From Eledone cirrhosa (Eukaryota), in the NCBI GenBank assembly GCA_964016885.1, contig OZ024741.1:174778001-174842000 (forward strand): a stretch of 64,000 bases of DNA, written 5' to 3'. The translations under genes were made by a program, and so were the position numbers. Under the pieces are notes generated by a model. It was not told the origin of the DNA. It did no database searches and was given only the letters and a program-made list of their open reading frames with translations. Below, piece after piece: positions 1 through 11,606 of this stretch (the stretch's first letter is position 1; every line of letters starts with the position of its first letter).

Positions 1-549
1 TTTGTACATTATTCTATGTACTATACATGCACTTTTGATGAGTTGTAGTGCACCTGAGCACTGTACACAATAATTTCATTATTATTATTATTATTATAAA
101 GAGTGGGAAGAAATACCACAGAGCGTTTTAGCCAATGCTCTAACAATTCTGCTAATCTATTATCCTCTCTCTCTCTCTATATATATATAATATTATAATA
201 GTAGTAAATCGAAGTTTTAGCTGTTGTACAGCAAGTACTATTCAATTTGTTTGAGGCAATCACAAAGCACTCAATGGATCAAAAGTTAAAAACAAACATT
301 AGGTCCAGAGTAAACACAACAGTTATAAAGTGTGACACCAAGAAAACCGACCGAAGGCACCAGCTATACATATAACACAACTACGATAGATACAGAAAGG
401 TTTAACTAACCTGGACCATCTCTGATTGATTAAAAACGATATAATCGATAAAATCTCAGATAGGTTTCTGGGACCCCTAGAAGTTATATAATACACATGC
501 AATACATGTAATACATGTGTGTATGTTGTGTGTGTATAAATATATATAA

Positions 550-950
550 TAATGGTTTCTAGTTTAGGCACAAGGACAGCAAATTTGGAAGGAGGGAAAT
601 AGTTGATTGAATGAAAGGCAAAGTTTACTTAGGCAGGATTTGAACTCAGAATGCTCATAATTAAATGCTGCAAAACATTTTGTCCCATGCTCTAATCATT
701 TTGACAATTCATTGCCCCTAAAAATTTAAATAGTAATAATAATAGTTTCCAATTTAGTCACAAAGCCAGCAATTTTGAAGGAAGAGAACAGTTGATAAAA
801 TTATCTCCTGTACTTGACTGGTCCTGTTTTTTATTGACCCCAGAAGAATGATAGGCAAAGTTGACCTGAGCAGGATTTGAACAAGAGAAATCTGGAACAA
901 ATACTGCAAAGCATTTTGTTCAATACTCTAACAATTCTGACAATCTGTTG
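550..950 (-). mobile_element. Two tandem diverged tRNA-derived SINEs (family A)
   Basis: Each carries ggcacaaggccagc...gaaaggcaaagtt...ggatttgaac, the reverse complement of a B box plus the central domain. Confidence 0.75.
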
Positions 951-1575
951 CTCTTAAAAACTTAACACTAATAATATTCATTTACTGGCTCCAGCCATTA
1001 TACTATGACCATGCTACGACATCTAATATTGATAATAGTAATAATAATTAGATTTTCTGGCAAGAAAAGGAAATGAGATAATTATAATTTAATTGCAAGA
1101 TCTTTCTTTTGTTTCTTCAATGTCATTTTTACCCAATTTCAGTTTAGAATTAAAAAAAGAAACAAAAATGAGAGAGAGACTTGAAGAGGTGAAAAAATAC
1201 CACCAGCATCATCAACAAAACAGTTAAATTCCAATAATAATAGTTAAAAATTAGGAGTTGGAGGAAGTGGAGGGTGGGAGGTTAATGAAAAAATGTATTT
1301 TCTGTGAATTAAATGATATTGTTTAAAAGTATGAGAGTAAAACATGGAAAAAAACAGAATATATAATCAGTTGGAAAAAAGAGGATAGTGATTTAATTAT
1401 TTTCTTTTAAAAATTGAGAATCTCAATTCAATACATAAAAAACAAAACATAGGGGAGGACGATAACAAAGACATTTGAATTTGAAAAATAAACAAAAACA
1501 ACAACAAAAACCAAAAAGACAGTCCCAGAAAAAAACAGAAGCTGGAAATTATAATTTCCATTATACAGAGCTGGG

Positions 1576-1838
<263 letters not shown>

Positions 1839-1871
1839 AAGTTATAAAATACTTTCTATTACAAGTATACC

Positions 1872-1877
1872 TTTATT
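1872..1877 (-). promoter_or_regulatory. Candidate polyadenylation signal (AATAAA) for UBTD
   Basis: tttatt on the + strand about 350 nt past the UBTD stop. The motif is common in AT-rich DNA. Confidence 0.25.
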
Positions 1878-2229
1878 CTTAATCTGTACAGCATTCCATT
1901 ATTCCATTATAGAAATGGAATGTATAGACAATGAAGTTTCTTTTAGTTTTAAATAAGGTTTTCAAAACAAAATTTTCTCTCACTCACTTGCCAAGCTTTC
2001 ACTCCATTTACTCTTTGTCAACTAACATTCTGAAACACACGTGTGCACACTCACACAGGCACTTGCACACACAAACAAACAAACACTTGTATGTATACAA
2101 ACATTCATACAATACACACACATTCTTCAGTTTTTTTTTATCTTCTTCCATCATGGTATTTCGTCAGTCATATTCCATAAAAGCAATAACTTTCATTTTT
2201 TTTTTTTTCTTTTGCTAATGATATTTTTT

Positions 2230-2627
2230 TTAAGCATGGTCACCTGCAGAATTACATGGAGTCGGAGATACAATGACCTGTACTACAAATCCTTTGGAAA
2301 TTTTTATGTCTTCAATTTTCATTTTATCACTAAGGAGTCGACCAGAGAAAAACCATCGCTGACGTGAAGGATCGATGCCTTCCTCTTCGAATATTCTTTT
2401 CTTAACTTTCCATACAGTGTCTGTTGTTCGAACATACAACTTTAAGTCTTTGTTAGTGTGTGAAAGACGGAATTTGATTGGTAGTTCCAGACCTGGGGAT
2501 GCCGAGTCTGCATCTTGTATCGTGTCACTGTCACTGACCTCTTCAATTAAATTGGTAGGGGCACTTAATACATACACAGGAAGTTGATATCGATTACCAA
2601 GTTCATCGTAGCAATCCATTAAAGTAC
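2230..2627 (-). CDS. UBTD2: Ubiquitin domain-containing protein (UBTD1/UBTD2 orthologue), last coding exon: end of the DC-UbP N-domain plus the C-terminal ubiquitin-like domain
   Basis: Translates (G)[29 protein letters not shown]...[32 protein letters not shown]..., which matches the UBTD motif [14 protein letters not shown] and a UBL fold. Acceptor ctatttccag at 2628-2637 (minus), phase 1, stop TAA at 2230-2232. Invertebrates generally have one co-orthologue of UBTD1/2. Confidence 0.95.
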
Positions 2628-2926
2628 CTGGAAATAGAGCAAAATATAACCAACATTAGTCTTGTTTAGCCATTGTTGTAGTAGTAATACTGATGATCAT
2701 CAAGTGGGTAGCTATTGATTTGTTTAGTTGATAATAATAGATTGTTGTATTGAGGTTATGTACGTAGCTGTAGTTATTTCTGGTCTGGTACAGAAGACTA
2801 GCAGCTGTTGCTGTTTTGGGAAAGAGTTGGTCAGCTTGGAGTGAGAAGACCCACCAAATAAAGTACAGTTACAACACTAATTTTCAGGCACTCATCATTC
2901 CAGACTCAAGCTGGATTATCCTTCTT

Positions 2927-3700
2927 GCTAGACTAAATAATTGTTTCTACATTTGGCACAAGGCCAGCAATCACCCAGTACGTTACTGGTACTTTATTTT
3001 ATCGACCCCGTAAGGATGAAAGGCAAAGTTAACCTCGGCAGGATTTGAACTCAGATCGTAAGGGGACGTAACTATGCTGGAAAGCATGTCCGACCCTCTA
3101 CCGATACTGCCAATTCACCGCTAGACTAAATAATGGTTTCTAATTTAGGCACTAGGCCAACATTTTGGAGAGAAAGAGAAAATTGATTATATTGACCCCA
3201 GTACTCAACTGGTACTTAATTTTATTGACCTCAGAAGGACAAAACACAAAGTCGACCGTGGTAAGGTTTGAACACAGAATGTAAAAAGACAGAAGAAATA
3301 CCTCTGATGCTCTAATGATTCTGCCTCTTGTCAGACTAAATAATAATTCACATATGAAATTTTAAACATTCTCCTTATCCCTCAACAAGGCCAATTTTGA
3401 GAAGGGAAAGTCGATTAAATTGATCCCAATATTTAACTGCTACTTTATTTTATTGACCTCAGAATCTCTCAAAAATAATAATGATTTCTAGTATAGGCAC
3501 AAGGTCAGTAATTTGGGGGAGAGGAAAGTCGATTAAATTGACCTCAGTGCATTACTGGCGCTTTATTTTATCGACTCCCATAAGGATGAAAGGTAAAGCT
3601 AATCTTGGCAGGATTTGAACTCAGAATGTAAAGAGCCGTAACTCTATGCCACAAAGCATGTTATCCGACGCTCTACTGATACTGCCAACCCAACACCCTA
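2927..3700 (-). mobile_element. Cluster of 3-4 tRNA-derived SINEs (family A); the youngest copy at 2942-3119 has a 15-bp TSD
   Basis: TSD gctagactaaataat at 2927-2941 and 3120-3134. A and B boxes on the minus strand; central tatcgaccccgtaaggatgaaaggcaaag. Confidence 0.85.
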
Positions 3701-4190
3701 ACAATAATAATAATAATATGAAGGTGTAAATGTTTAAAACAAAATCTAATGATATATGCTTATCTCAATTGTCCACCCATAATAATGTTCAAATTAAAAG
3801 GTGTCAGACTGTAAGTTACTGGAAAATCACTGCTATATCTGTACTGTATTTGATGGCAGATAAGACTCCCTTTTTTGTTTTTTAAATAAAAAAAAGACTA
3901 AAAATATCATCCAGGTCTTGTATGCAAAGTTCAGATACATGTTTTCATAACATTGTATGCTTACCTTTAATTACACTAAAACATTTTTTCTTGATATTCC
4001 CTGCTGAAATGGTGGTAGTGGGGCTTAACACATGGATGTTGTTTATGATTTAATATTTAGGGCATGAGTATCCAGTTTAGAAATGAATACACTGTGTTTC
4101 TGCATGTAGGAGATGACAGAAAAGGTTGACACCAGAAAAGGTATCTGATCATGAAACATTGCTTTAAGAGAGACCCAATGATGAGTATCA

Positions 4191-4418
4191 TTAACCCTTT
4201 AGCATTTAAACTAGCTGTATCTGACCAGAAATCTCTCACCTCTTTCTGTTCAAACCGGCTGTAACTGGCTGCTCATACCTACATTAAGGTATTGTTCTCA
4301 AAATAAATAACATCAAAATCTCATAGATTCAATATTATGTGAGATAATTATGTAAGATAAAGCTTTTACTGTGAAAATACAATAGTAAATATAGAGTAAT
4401 GTAAATGCTAAAGTGTTA
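4191..4418. mobile_element. TTAA-flanked MITE, piggyBac-like termini (family P1)
   Basis: ttaa|ccctttagcattta ... taaatgctaaagtg|ttaa. Homologous copies at 18091-18503, 53338-53542 and a partial copy at about 50537. Confidence 0.75.
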
Positions 4419-4958
4419 AAGCTGTCATGAGTCCGTAAGGCTGGCCCCCATCTTTAGCAGGGAAAAGGGGTTTTAAAACACTCATGAGTGTTGTGTGATA
4501 TGTGGCTTCTACTTTAAAGATAGTGATTTGGCTACAATGTTGGAGCATACAGAGTAACAAACAACCTAGAACTGGGGTATCAAACCTTTTTGAGTGTTTG
4601 TGCCTACATTGGCAATGATCTAAACAAAATTTACTTTCATAACCATGAATATTTTTGAATAGCGGTGCGCTTACCAGAATTATAGGAGTCAGTGACATCA
4701 CGCAAACAGAAGGACAACCAGTATAGGTTTTTTTTCCCTTTTGGTTGTTGTGTCGAATGCATATAATTGCCCCATGAGCTCAGCCATATGTCAGTAGGTT
4801 CTGTCCAGAGATTAGGCAGGTAGGACTACCATGAATATATCCCATCTGGACAGGATCAACGACAGGAGAGGATCCACGAGATAGGTGAGCTAGGCTTTTT
4901 CCCATACAACAGTTTGTTAATTCAGATATTTATAGCATCTTTACCAGTGAACAGACTA

Positions 4959-5835
4959 TCTATATATAAATTTGAACAACTTCCGTCCATCTGTCACACA
5001 CTACAGATAATTGAGGAAGGAAGGGGTGATGACATCACACCCTAGAGATGACTGAGGGAGGAACGGGTGATGACGTCACACACTAGCGATGATTGATGAA
5101 GGAAGGGATGTTGATAAACTACAGAAAACAGCGTCTAACATTCACTACACTCGTGAGTGAATGTATGTATGTGTTTGTGTAAATGTATGTGTTTGTGTGA
5201 AAGTATGTGTGTTTTGTGAAAGCATGTGTATTTGTGTGAATGTATGTCTGTAAGTGTATCATCATCATCATCATCATCAACGTTTAACGTCCGTGTTCCA
5301 CGCTTGCATGGGTTTGGACGGGGGTAGTCCCACTTGAGGCAAGAGTGATTGTCTTGCTCGCATAGGACTGTCTGGCAGGTTTTCTACAGTTGGATGCCCT
5401 TCCTAACACCAACCACATTTACAGTGTGGGTCTGGGAGGTTTTTACCGTGTTGCCTACACGGCCACATTACAGCGTGGACTGTGTGTTTTTTTGTCGTGA
5501 CACCTACACGATCTCATTTGTTTCGGCCTGGATGGCGCGGCACCAACATAACTTTACATAGAACGGGGTGGTGTGGATGGGGTGGGGGTGGCGGCGGGAG
5601 GGGTGTATTTTGTTAGAGATGCCTACTGGCAAGGCGGGTCTTCTCTGTTACTGAGTACCGCCAAAGGTCACGGTCCAGTGACATTGTCTTGGAGAGGTGT
5701 AAGTGTGTGAGGTCGGAGTTTATCAGCTCATCCCATGTTTTTCTAGGTCTGTCTATGTTTTTGTAAATGTGTCTGTGTTTGCGTGGCGATAATAATATAC
5801 TCATACATGCATCAAGTGTGTTGCAAAAATTCTAG
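4959..5835 (+). mobile_element. Non-autonomous Helitron-like element with a nested RTE 3' fragment
   Basis: 5' a|TCtatatataaa and 3' CTAG|t (A^T target, no TSD). Subterminal hairpin acatgc-atcaa-gtgtgt becomes perfect if two CpG>TpG changes are reverted. Internal ~50-bp and ~18-bp tandem repeats. Confidence 0.6.
5258..5751 (-). mobile_element. 5'-truncated RTE LINE 3' end (same family as 6561-8517)
   Basis: Encodes RPRKTWDELINSDLTHLHLSKTMSLDRDLWRYSV, nearly identical to the C-terminus of the 6611 ORF. Same 3' UTR and (TGA)n tail. Confidence 0.9.
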
Positions 5836-6560
5836 TTGTTAAAATTTGTGATATTAGAGTAAGGACTTCGATTTTTAATGTGATATAGCCATAATGCTAT
5901 TTTATAGTTTTCAAGAATGTCTTGCTAATGCAGTTTCATGCAGTACCAGGACATTAAAAGTTAAATAAGTGTTTAGAGTACTTGATGACAGTATTGTTGC
6001 CATCTTAACTATATGGTGAATGTTTAAAGTCTTTGATAATGAAGTACTAATGTGACAATACCACTTGAACCCATAACCTTATGAGCCAAACACAAACTAC
6101 AAGACTATGCACCTTCCCAAACCATACCCCACTGGCTAAAAAAAAGGAGGGATAATGTAGTTCTAGATAAAATACACATGAAAAAAAACTCATGATTTTC
6201 TTAATTTTTTAATGATGTTAAATGAAGGCATTTAACTCATGATGTCCGTAATTTTTTAATGATGTTAAGATGTGATGAAGGCATTTAACTGCTATTTCTA
6301 GCAGGTTGAATGACCACGTAGATGTTCCTTGAAAAATGTTGTACAGTGAAATAATACAACTTAAAACTAAAGAAAATTATTTACAAATGTTTTAATGAGA
6401 ACAATAGCATAGGACAAGATAAATATGGGATGGACACATTACCACAATATAAAAAATATACAAATAAAACCAAATGAAGATCTGTAAACACCTGCAAAAT
6501 AAGAAAAATGATATATAATATTTTAAAAAAAAAATATATATATATATATATGCACCACAT

Positions 6561-8517
6561 ATGCCCTAGATAGGAGTAACTATAGAGGCATTAAATTAAT
6601 CGACCAGGTCATGAAGGTCACGGAAAAAGTAATAGCGCAACTAATCAGAGAGAGAATTGATCTAGATGAAATGCAGTTCGGATTTGTGTCAGGCAAAAGT
6701 ACCACAGACGCTCTTTTCATTGTACGACAACTACAGGAGAAGTACCTAGCTAAAAGTAAACCCCTATACTTAGCTTTCGTCGACTTGGAGAAAGCCTTCG
6801 ACAGAGTCCCCCGTTCCATTATCTGGCGGTCTCTTAGAAAACTAGGTGTTGACGAATGGCTTGTGAGAGCTATACAAGCCATGTATAAAGAAACAGTCAG
6901 TAAGGTTAGAATTAACAACGAATATAGTGAAGAGTTTAGCGTAAAAGTTGGTGTCCATCAGGGCTCTGTTCTTAGCCCCCTACTATTTATTATTGCCCTT
7001 CAGGCTATAACAGAGGAGTTCAAGACCGGCTGCCCATGGGAACTCCTATACGCAGATGATCTAACGCTCATAGCTGAATCAATGACCGAACTAGAGAAGA
7101 AATTCCAAACATGGAAGCACGGCCTAGAATCAAAAAGCCTTAAAATTAACCTGGCTAAGACTAAAGTTCTAGTTTGTAGGAAAGAAAATAAGGCGGCAGT
7201 CCCATCTGGGAGATGGCCATGCTCAGTGTGTAGGAAAGGCGTAGGTAGAAACTCCATTTTATGTCCCAAATGCAAAGTATGGGTGCATAAAAGATGTAGT
7301 GGGATCACAGGTAAGCTAACTAAGAACATAGATTTTACATGTGGCCGGTGCTCTGGTGCAATAAGTAGCAGCAAGTGCCCACAAAATACTAGCTCCTTCA
7401 ACTGCGCAGAGGGTTCTATAGAAATAGTGGACAGCTTCCGTTACCTGGGTGACAAAATCAGCAGTGGGGGAGGGTGCTCTGAAAGTACAGTAGCTAGAGT
7501 CAGAACTGGATGGAAAAAGTTCAGAGAGCTTATACCACTATTAGCCACTAGAGGGTTCTCCCTAAAAATGAAAGGCAGGTTATACGATGCCTGCATACGA
7601 ACAGCAATGCTGCATGGCAGTGAGACCTGGGCATTGTGTGCAGAGGATATACGCAGACTAGAGAGGAACGAAGCTTGCATGCTCCGCTGGATGTGCAATA
7701 GTAATATACGTGAACGGCAAAGCATAAACGAACTAAGGAAAAAATTAGAAATAAGAGGGATCAGATGTTGTTTACTCGAGAGAAGGCTACGTTGGTATGG
7801 TCACGTGATGCGCATGAAAGACGACAGCTGTATAACAAAGTGCAGGGCAATAAAGATAGACGGTAGCCACGGAGTAGGCAGACCCAGAAAAACATGGGAC
7901 GAGCTGATAAATTCCGACCTCACACGGTTACACCTCTCCAAGACAATGTCACTGGACCGAGACCTTTGGCGGTACTCAGTAATAGAGAAGACCCGCCTTA
8001 CCTAAATACAAAGTAAAAACCTACTACAGTCAGTAGGCATCTCTATCAAAACACCCCCCCGTCCCACCACCTCCACCCCATCCACACCGCCCCTTTCAAT
8101 GTAAAGTTATGTTGGTCCCACAACATCCAGGCCGAAACAAATGAGATCGTGTAGGTGTCACGACAAAAAAACACACAGTCCACGCTGTAAATGTGGCCGT
8201 GTAGGCAACACGGTAAAAACCTCCCAGCCCCACACTGTAAATGTGGTTGGTGTTAGGAAGGGCATCCAGCTGTAGAAAACCCGTCAGACAGTCCACGCTG
8301 TAATGTGGCCGTGTAGGCAACACGGTAAAAACCTCCCAGCCCCACACTGTAAATGTGGTTGGTGTTAGGAAGGGCATCCAACTGTAGAAAACCCGCCAGA
8401 CAGTCCTATGCGAGCAAGACAACCACTCTTGCCTCAAGTGGGAAAACCCCCGTCCAAACCCATGCAAGCGTGGAACACGGACGCTAAACCTGATGATGAT
8501 GATGATGATGATGATGA
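6561..8517 (+). mobile_element. Young 5'-truncated RTE-clade non-LTR retrotransposon, antisense within the UBTD intron
   Basis: Uninterrupted RT frame from NYRGIKL to the stop at 8005, ~500-bp structured 3' UTR, (TGA)n tail at 8491-8517. No endonuclease domain and no clear TSD. Confidence 0.93.
6611..8005 (+). CDS. RTE LINE reverse transcriptase (partial ORF, 464 aa) with an internal PHD-type zinc finger
   Basis: RT motifs QFGF, AFVDLEKAFDRV, GVHQGSVLSPLLF, LLYADD, KINLAKTKVL and FRYLG, plus the RTE C-terminus (LHGSETW, RRLRWYGHVMRM, GRPRKTW). C-x2-C-x10-C-x2-C-x4-H-x2-C-x14-C-x2-C at 7220-7351. Confidence 0.92.
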   Translation: MKVTEKVIAQLIRERIDLDEMQFGFVSGKSTTDALFIVRQLQEKYLAKSKPLYLAFVDLEKAFDRVPRSIIWRSLRKLGVDEWLVRAIQAMYKETVSKVRINNEYSEEFSVKVGVHQGSVLSPLLFIIALQAITEEFKTGCPWELLYADDLTLIAESMTELEKKFQTWKHGLESKSLKINLAKTKVLVCRKENKAAVPSGRWPCSVCRKGVGRNSILCPKCKVWVHKRCSGITGKLTKNIDFTCGRCSGAISSSKCPQNTSSFNCAEGSIEIVDSFRYLGDKISSGGGCSESTVARVRTGWKKFRELIPLLATRGFSLKMKGRLYDACIRTAMLHGSETWALCAEDIRRLERNEACMLRWMCNSNIRERQSINELRKKLEIRGIRCCLLERRLRWYGHVMRMKDDSCITKCRAIKIDGSHGVGRPRKTWDELINSDLTRLHLSKTMSLDRDLWRYSVIEKTRLT

Positions 8518-9650
8518 CTAAGATGGCGTTTAAGCATAATAGAGGAGTATATGAAAACATATATACTATGCTTATATACCAGTACATTTTGAGTGAGTGT
8601 CACTGATGAAAGATTGACAATTCTTGAAACAGCACTGTCCGACATTCTCAGAATATACTGGCAACTCAGTGATATATTCACTGACGAAAATAGAAAAAAA
8701 ATTTTTTTTTTCCTTTTCATATGTTCATGTGTTTATTGTATATAAGTGTATTATATATGTTTGTATGTATTTTAATATACACTTCTAAAATATTATATAA
8801 TAAAAAATAAAATGGGGTATAGTTTTTCATCTGCATATATGAGGTCTCAATTCTGAATTTAGAGCATGTGCCATTTATGATTCTAAGTGAATTCATCTAC
8901 AATTAATCAACAAAAATATTTAAAATATTTAAAATATTTTAATCCTAAGCCTAACCCTAATTGTATTTACAGATGTATTGTATCTGAAGATGAATTGCAT
9001 CTGTAGATGAATTGTATCATCATCACCACAACCACCACCACTGTTTAACATCCATTTTCCATGCTTGCAAGAGTTAGATGGGTTGTCACATTGTTAGGCT
9101 ATATTAGTCAAATGACCATGTCCTGCTCATATGTTCCATTTTGGGTTTGGGTTCTATGGCTGGATGCTCTTCCTAACACCAAACACTTTACAGCATGTAA
9201 AGGGAACATGGTTTTGTATGGCTGAATGCCCTTCCTAATGCCAACCACTTTACAGCATGTACTGGGAGCATGGGTTTTATGGCTGGATGCCCTTCCTAAC
9301 ACTAACCACTTTACAGCATTTACTGTGAACTGTGAATTGTATCTCAAGATGGATTGTTGTTCTATCTTCTGTACAAAGGATAACAAACATGTCTTTTACC
9401 AAACCACTACTGGCAAGACTAAGAGTCCTCTCTACCTTATTTTGTCTCTGTTCATTCATCAACGACTTTATAGAGTGTAATGCATTCATTTTATTGTAGC
9501 CACAGCACTAAAGAAGTAGTCTAGTCCCCAGTAAGACTATAAGGGTCCTATCTACACTACATTGTTTCTGTTTTCTCTTTCACCAGTATTAGAGGGTTGT
9601 CTTATCTCAACCAAATAAATGAGAGAACAAGAGAATTAAGTGGGGGTGGC

Positions 9651-9681
<31 letters not shown>

Positions 9682-9763
9682 GAATGACAGATAGCTACAC
9701 CATAATATCATCATCCTTTGTCCATTGAACCCAATCCTTTAAGCAAGTTACAGTACAACCTAC

Positions 9764-10000
9764 CATTGGGCAATGATATATTGGCTCCATCAACAATGGC
9801 TTGAGCTAGTGAGTGGTCTCCAGTTTCTAGTGCATATGCAGCAGCTTTCAGTGCATCCCAGATCTCTTTTCTGCCTTCAAATGCAGGAGCTGTGTCCCAA
9901 AATTCATCTCTTTTGCTTCTCAGCTGGCCCTCAGTCAATGGAACATCACTTTTCCATTTTGGTTTTTCTGGTTTCAGGGGTTGGTTTCGTCCAATAGAAA
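9764..10000 (-). CDS. UBTD2: UBTD1/UBTD2 orthologue, internal coding exon (237 bp, phase 1-1), DC-UbP/UBTD2 N-terminal ubiquitin-binding domain
   Basis: Reads (x)[78 protein letters not shown](G). Acceptor ttgtatttctag ends at 10001 and donor gtaggt starts at 9763. Splices in frame to the 2627 exon (G|GT = Gly). Confidence 0.95.
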
Positions 10001-10244
10001 CTAGAAATACAAGAAATGAGAAAGAAAAGACAATTTAGTCATCATCATCAACATAGAATATGTACATCAACCGAGCATAAGGAAATATGTAACTAATGGC
10101 TTCATAAAGCCTTGTAAATGTTGTTGTAGTAATGAAAGAGCATACTAATTTACTAATCATTTCTTCAATTTACATGAAAATATTTAAATTTGACATGTTT
10201 ACATGTCAATATACTCAGCATGTGTATGTGTGCGCGTATGGTGT

Positions 10245-10533
10245 GGTCCTGTAACCCCTGATGGAGTTTGAGGGTTGCTGTATTGACATACAGCGTTTCT
10301 AGGGTATTTTTAAGCCTGGCGGAGCCCACCCCTCTCCAGGCCTGAGTACAGCAGATTTCTTCCAGAGAGAGGAAGAATCGACCCCAGTACTAGACTACTA
10401 CTTTTTTTTTTATCGACCTCGAAAGGATGAAAGGCAAAGTTGGCCTCGGCAGGATTTGAACTCAGAGAGCAGAGAGCTGGAAGGAATATCATAAACCATT
10501 CTATCCGACATTCTAATGACGCTGCCAATTCAC

Positions 10534-10535
<2 letters not shown>
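10245..10535 (-). mobile_element. tRNA-derived SINE subfamily with an extended 3' segment
   Basis: Family A head and central domain plus a distinct ~130-bp extension (gatggag...ttgacatacagc...ccaggcc...cagcagattt..ccagagagaggaagaat) shared with the copy at about 35600-35850. Confidence 0.65.
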
Positions 10536-10608
<73 letters not shown>

Positions 10609-11464
10609 GTCTATATATACAATGTGTATTTTTATATAGACATTTAAGCAGTCTCAGTTAAATTCTGTACTGTAATTATACAGATATAAATCTAACATAT
10701 ATTTCAGTTGCTTAGTGCACGATTTAATATATATTGACGTTAACTACAGACAAGGGCATTAAAAATATGTAAATCTCTCATAAGTATTTTTCTCTCTCTT
10801 CTACTTCTCATTACAATGACAAATATGTGACCCACATTTAAAAAATTTATAAGCAGGTTATATTTTGGTTGTAATTATAGCCTGAAGATATGTGGCAGCA
10901 GACTTCTATTTTATCGTCCTTTGCTAATTTAATTACATATCATCCTTAAGAATGAGTGCAGTGTGAAATTGATAAGTGTTTCAGTAGCTTGCTATATTGA
11001 ATTTAAACTTCTTCCATGAGTATAGTTTCAAGAGGTATGAGCTCAGTTAACCATTTTGATACCAACCTGCCAAAATCTGCCTCTAGTCCTATGAAATTAA
11101 AACAACAATTCTAAAAAGTTCCTATTTAAATTGAAACTTTCCATCAATTTTATATTAGAATCTTTCATTAAGTTATACTACAAATAGCATCTTGATAATG
11201 AAACTATAATTTTAGTAAATTTCTCCAATTTTATTATAGAACACAGTATGGCTGAATGGTAAAGTTGTTTGCTTTGCAATCATTAGGTCTTGGGTTTGAT
11301 CCCATTGCATGGCTATCATGGGCAAGTGTCACCACAGCCTCTGGTCAACTCATGCCTTATGAGTGAAACTGAGTAGATGAAAATTGTTTGGAAACCTGTT
11401 AGATAGACTGTACTTGTAATTCAAAGGACCAGCCTTGTTACATACTGTCATGCTGAATCTTCCT

Positions 11465-11606
11465 GTAAAAGAAGTAAAAAAATGTGCATGTGTATGTGTG
11501 TATAGCGTCCGAAACATGAAGACCCTCTTCCTGCTATTTCAAGCGTTAACCTAATATATTCCTTCCATATACTGTACCGATTGTGTTGTTATTTCTGTTT
11601 ACCTTT

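Noticed and set aside
6580-7725. Minus-strand ORFs overlapping the RTE ORF (also 26743-28491)
   Set aside because: Antisense shadows of the RT frame with no independent protein features.
9711-9938. ORF-track 75-aa ORF as a complete gene
   Set aside because: It starts at an internal TTG and reads through the donor at 9763. The real unit is the spliced exon 9764-10000.
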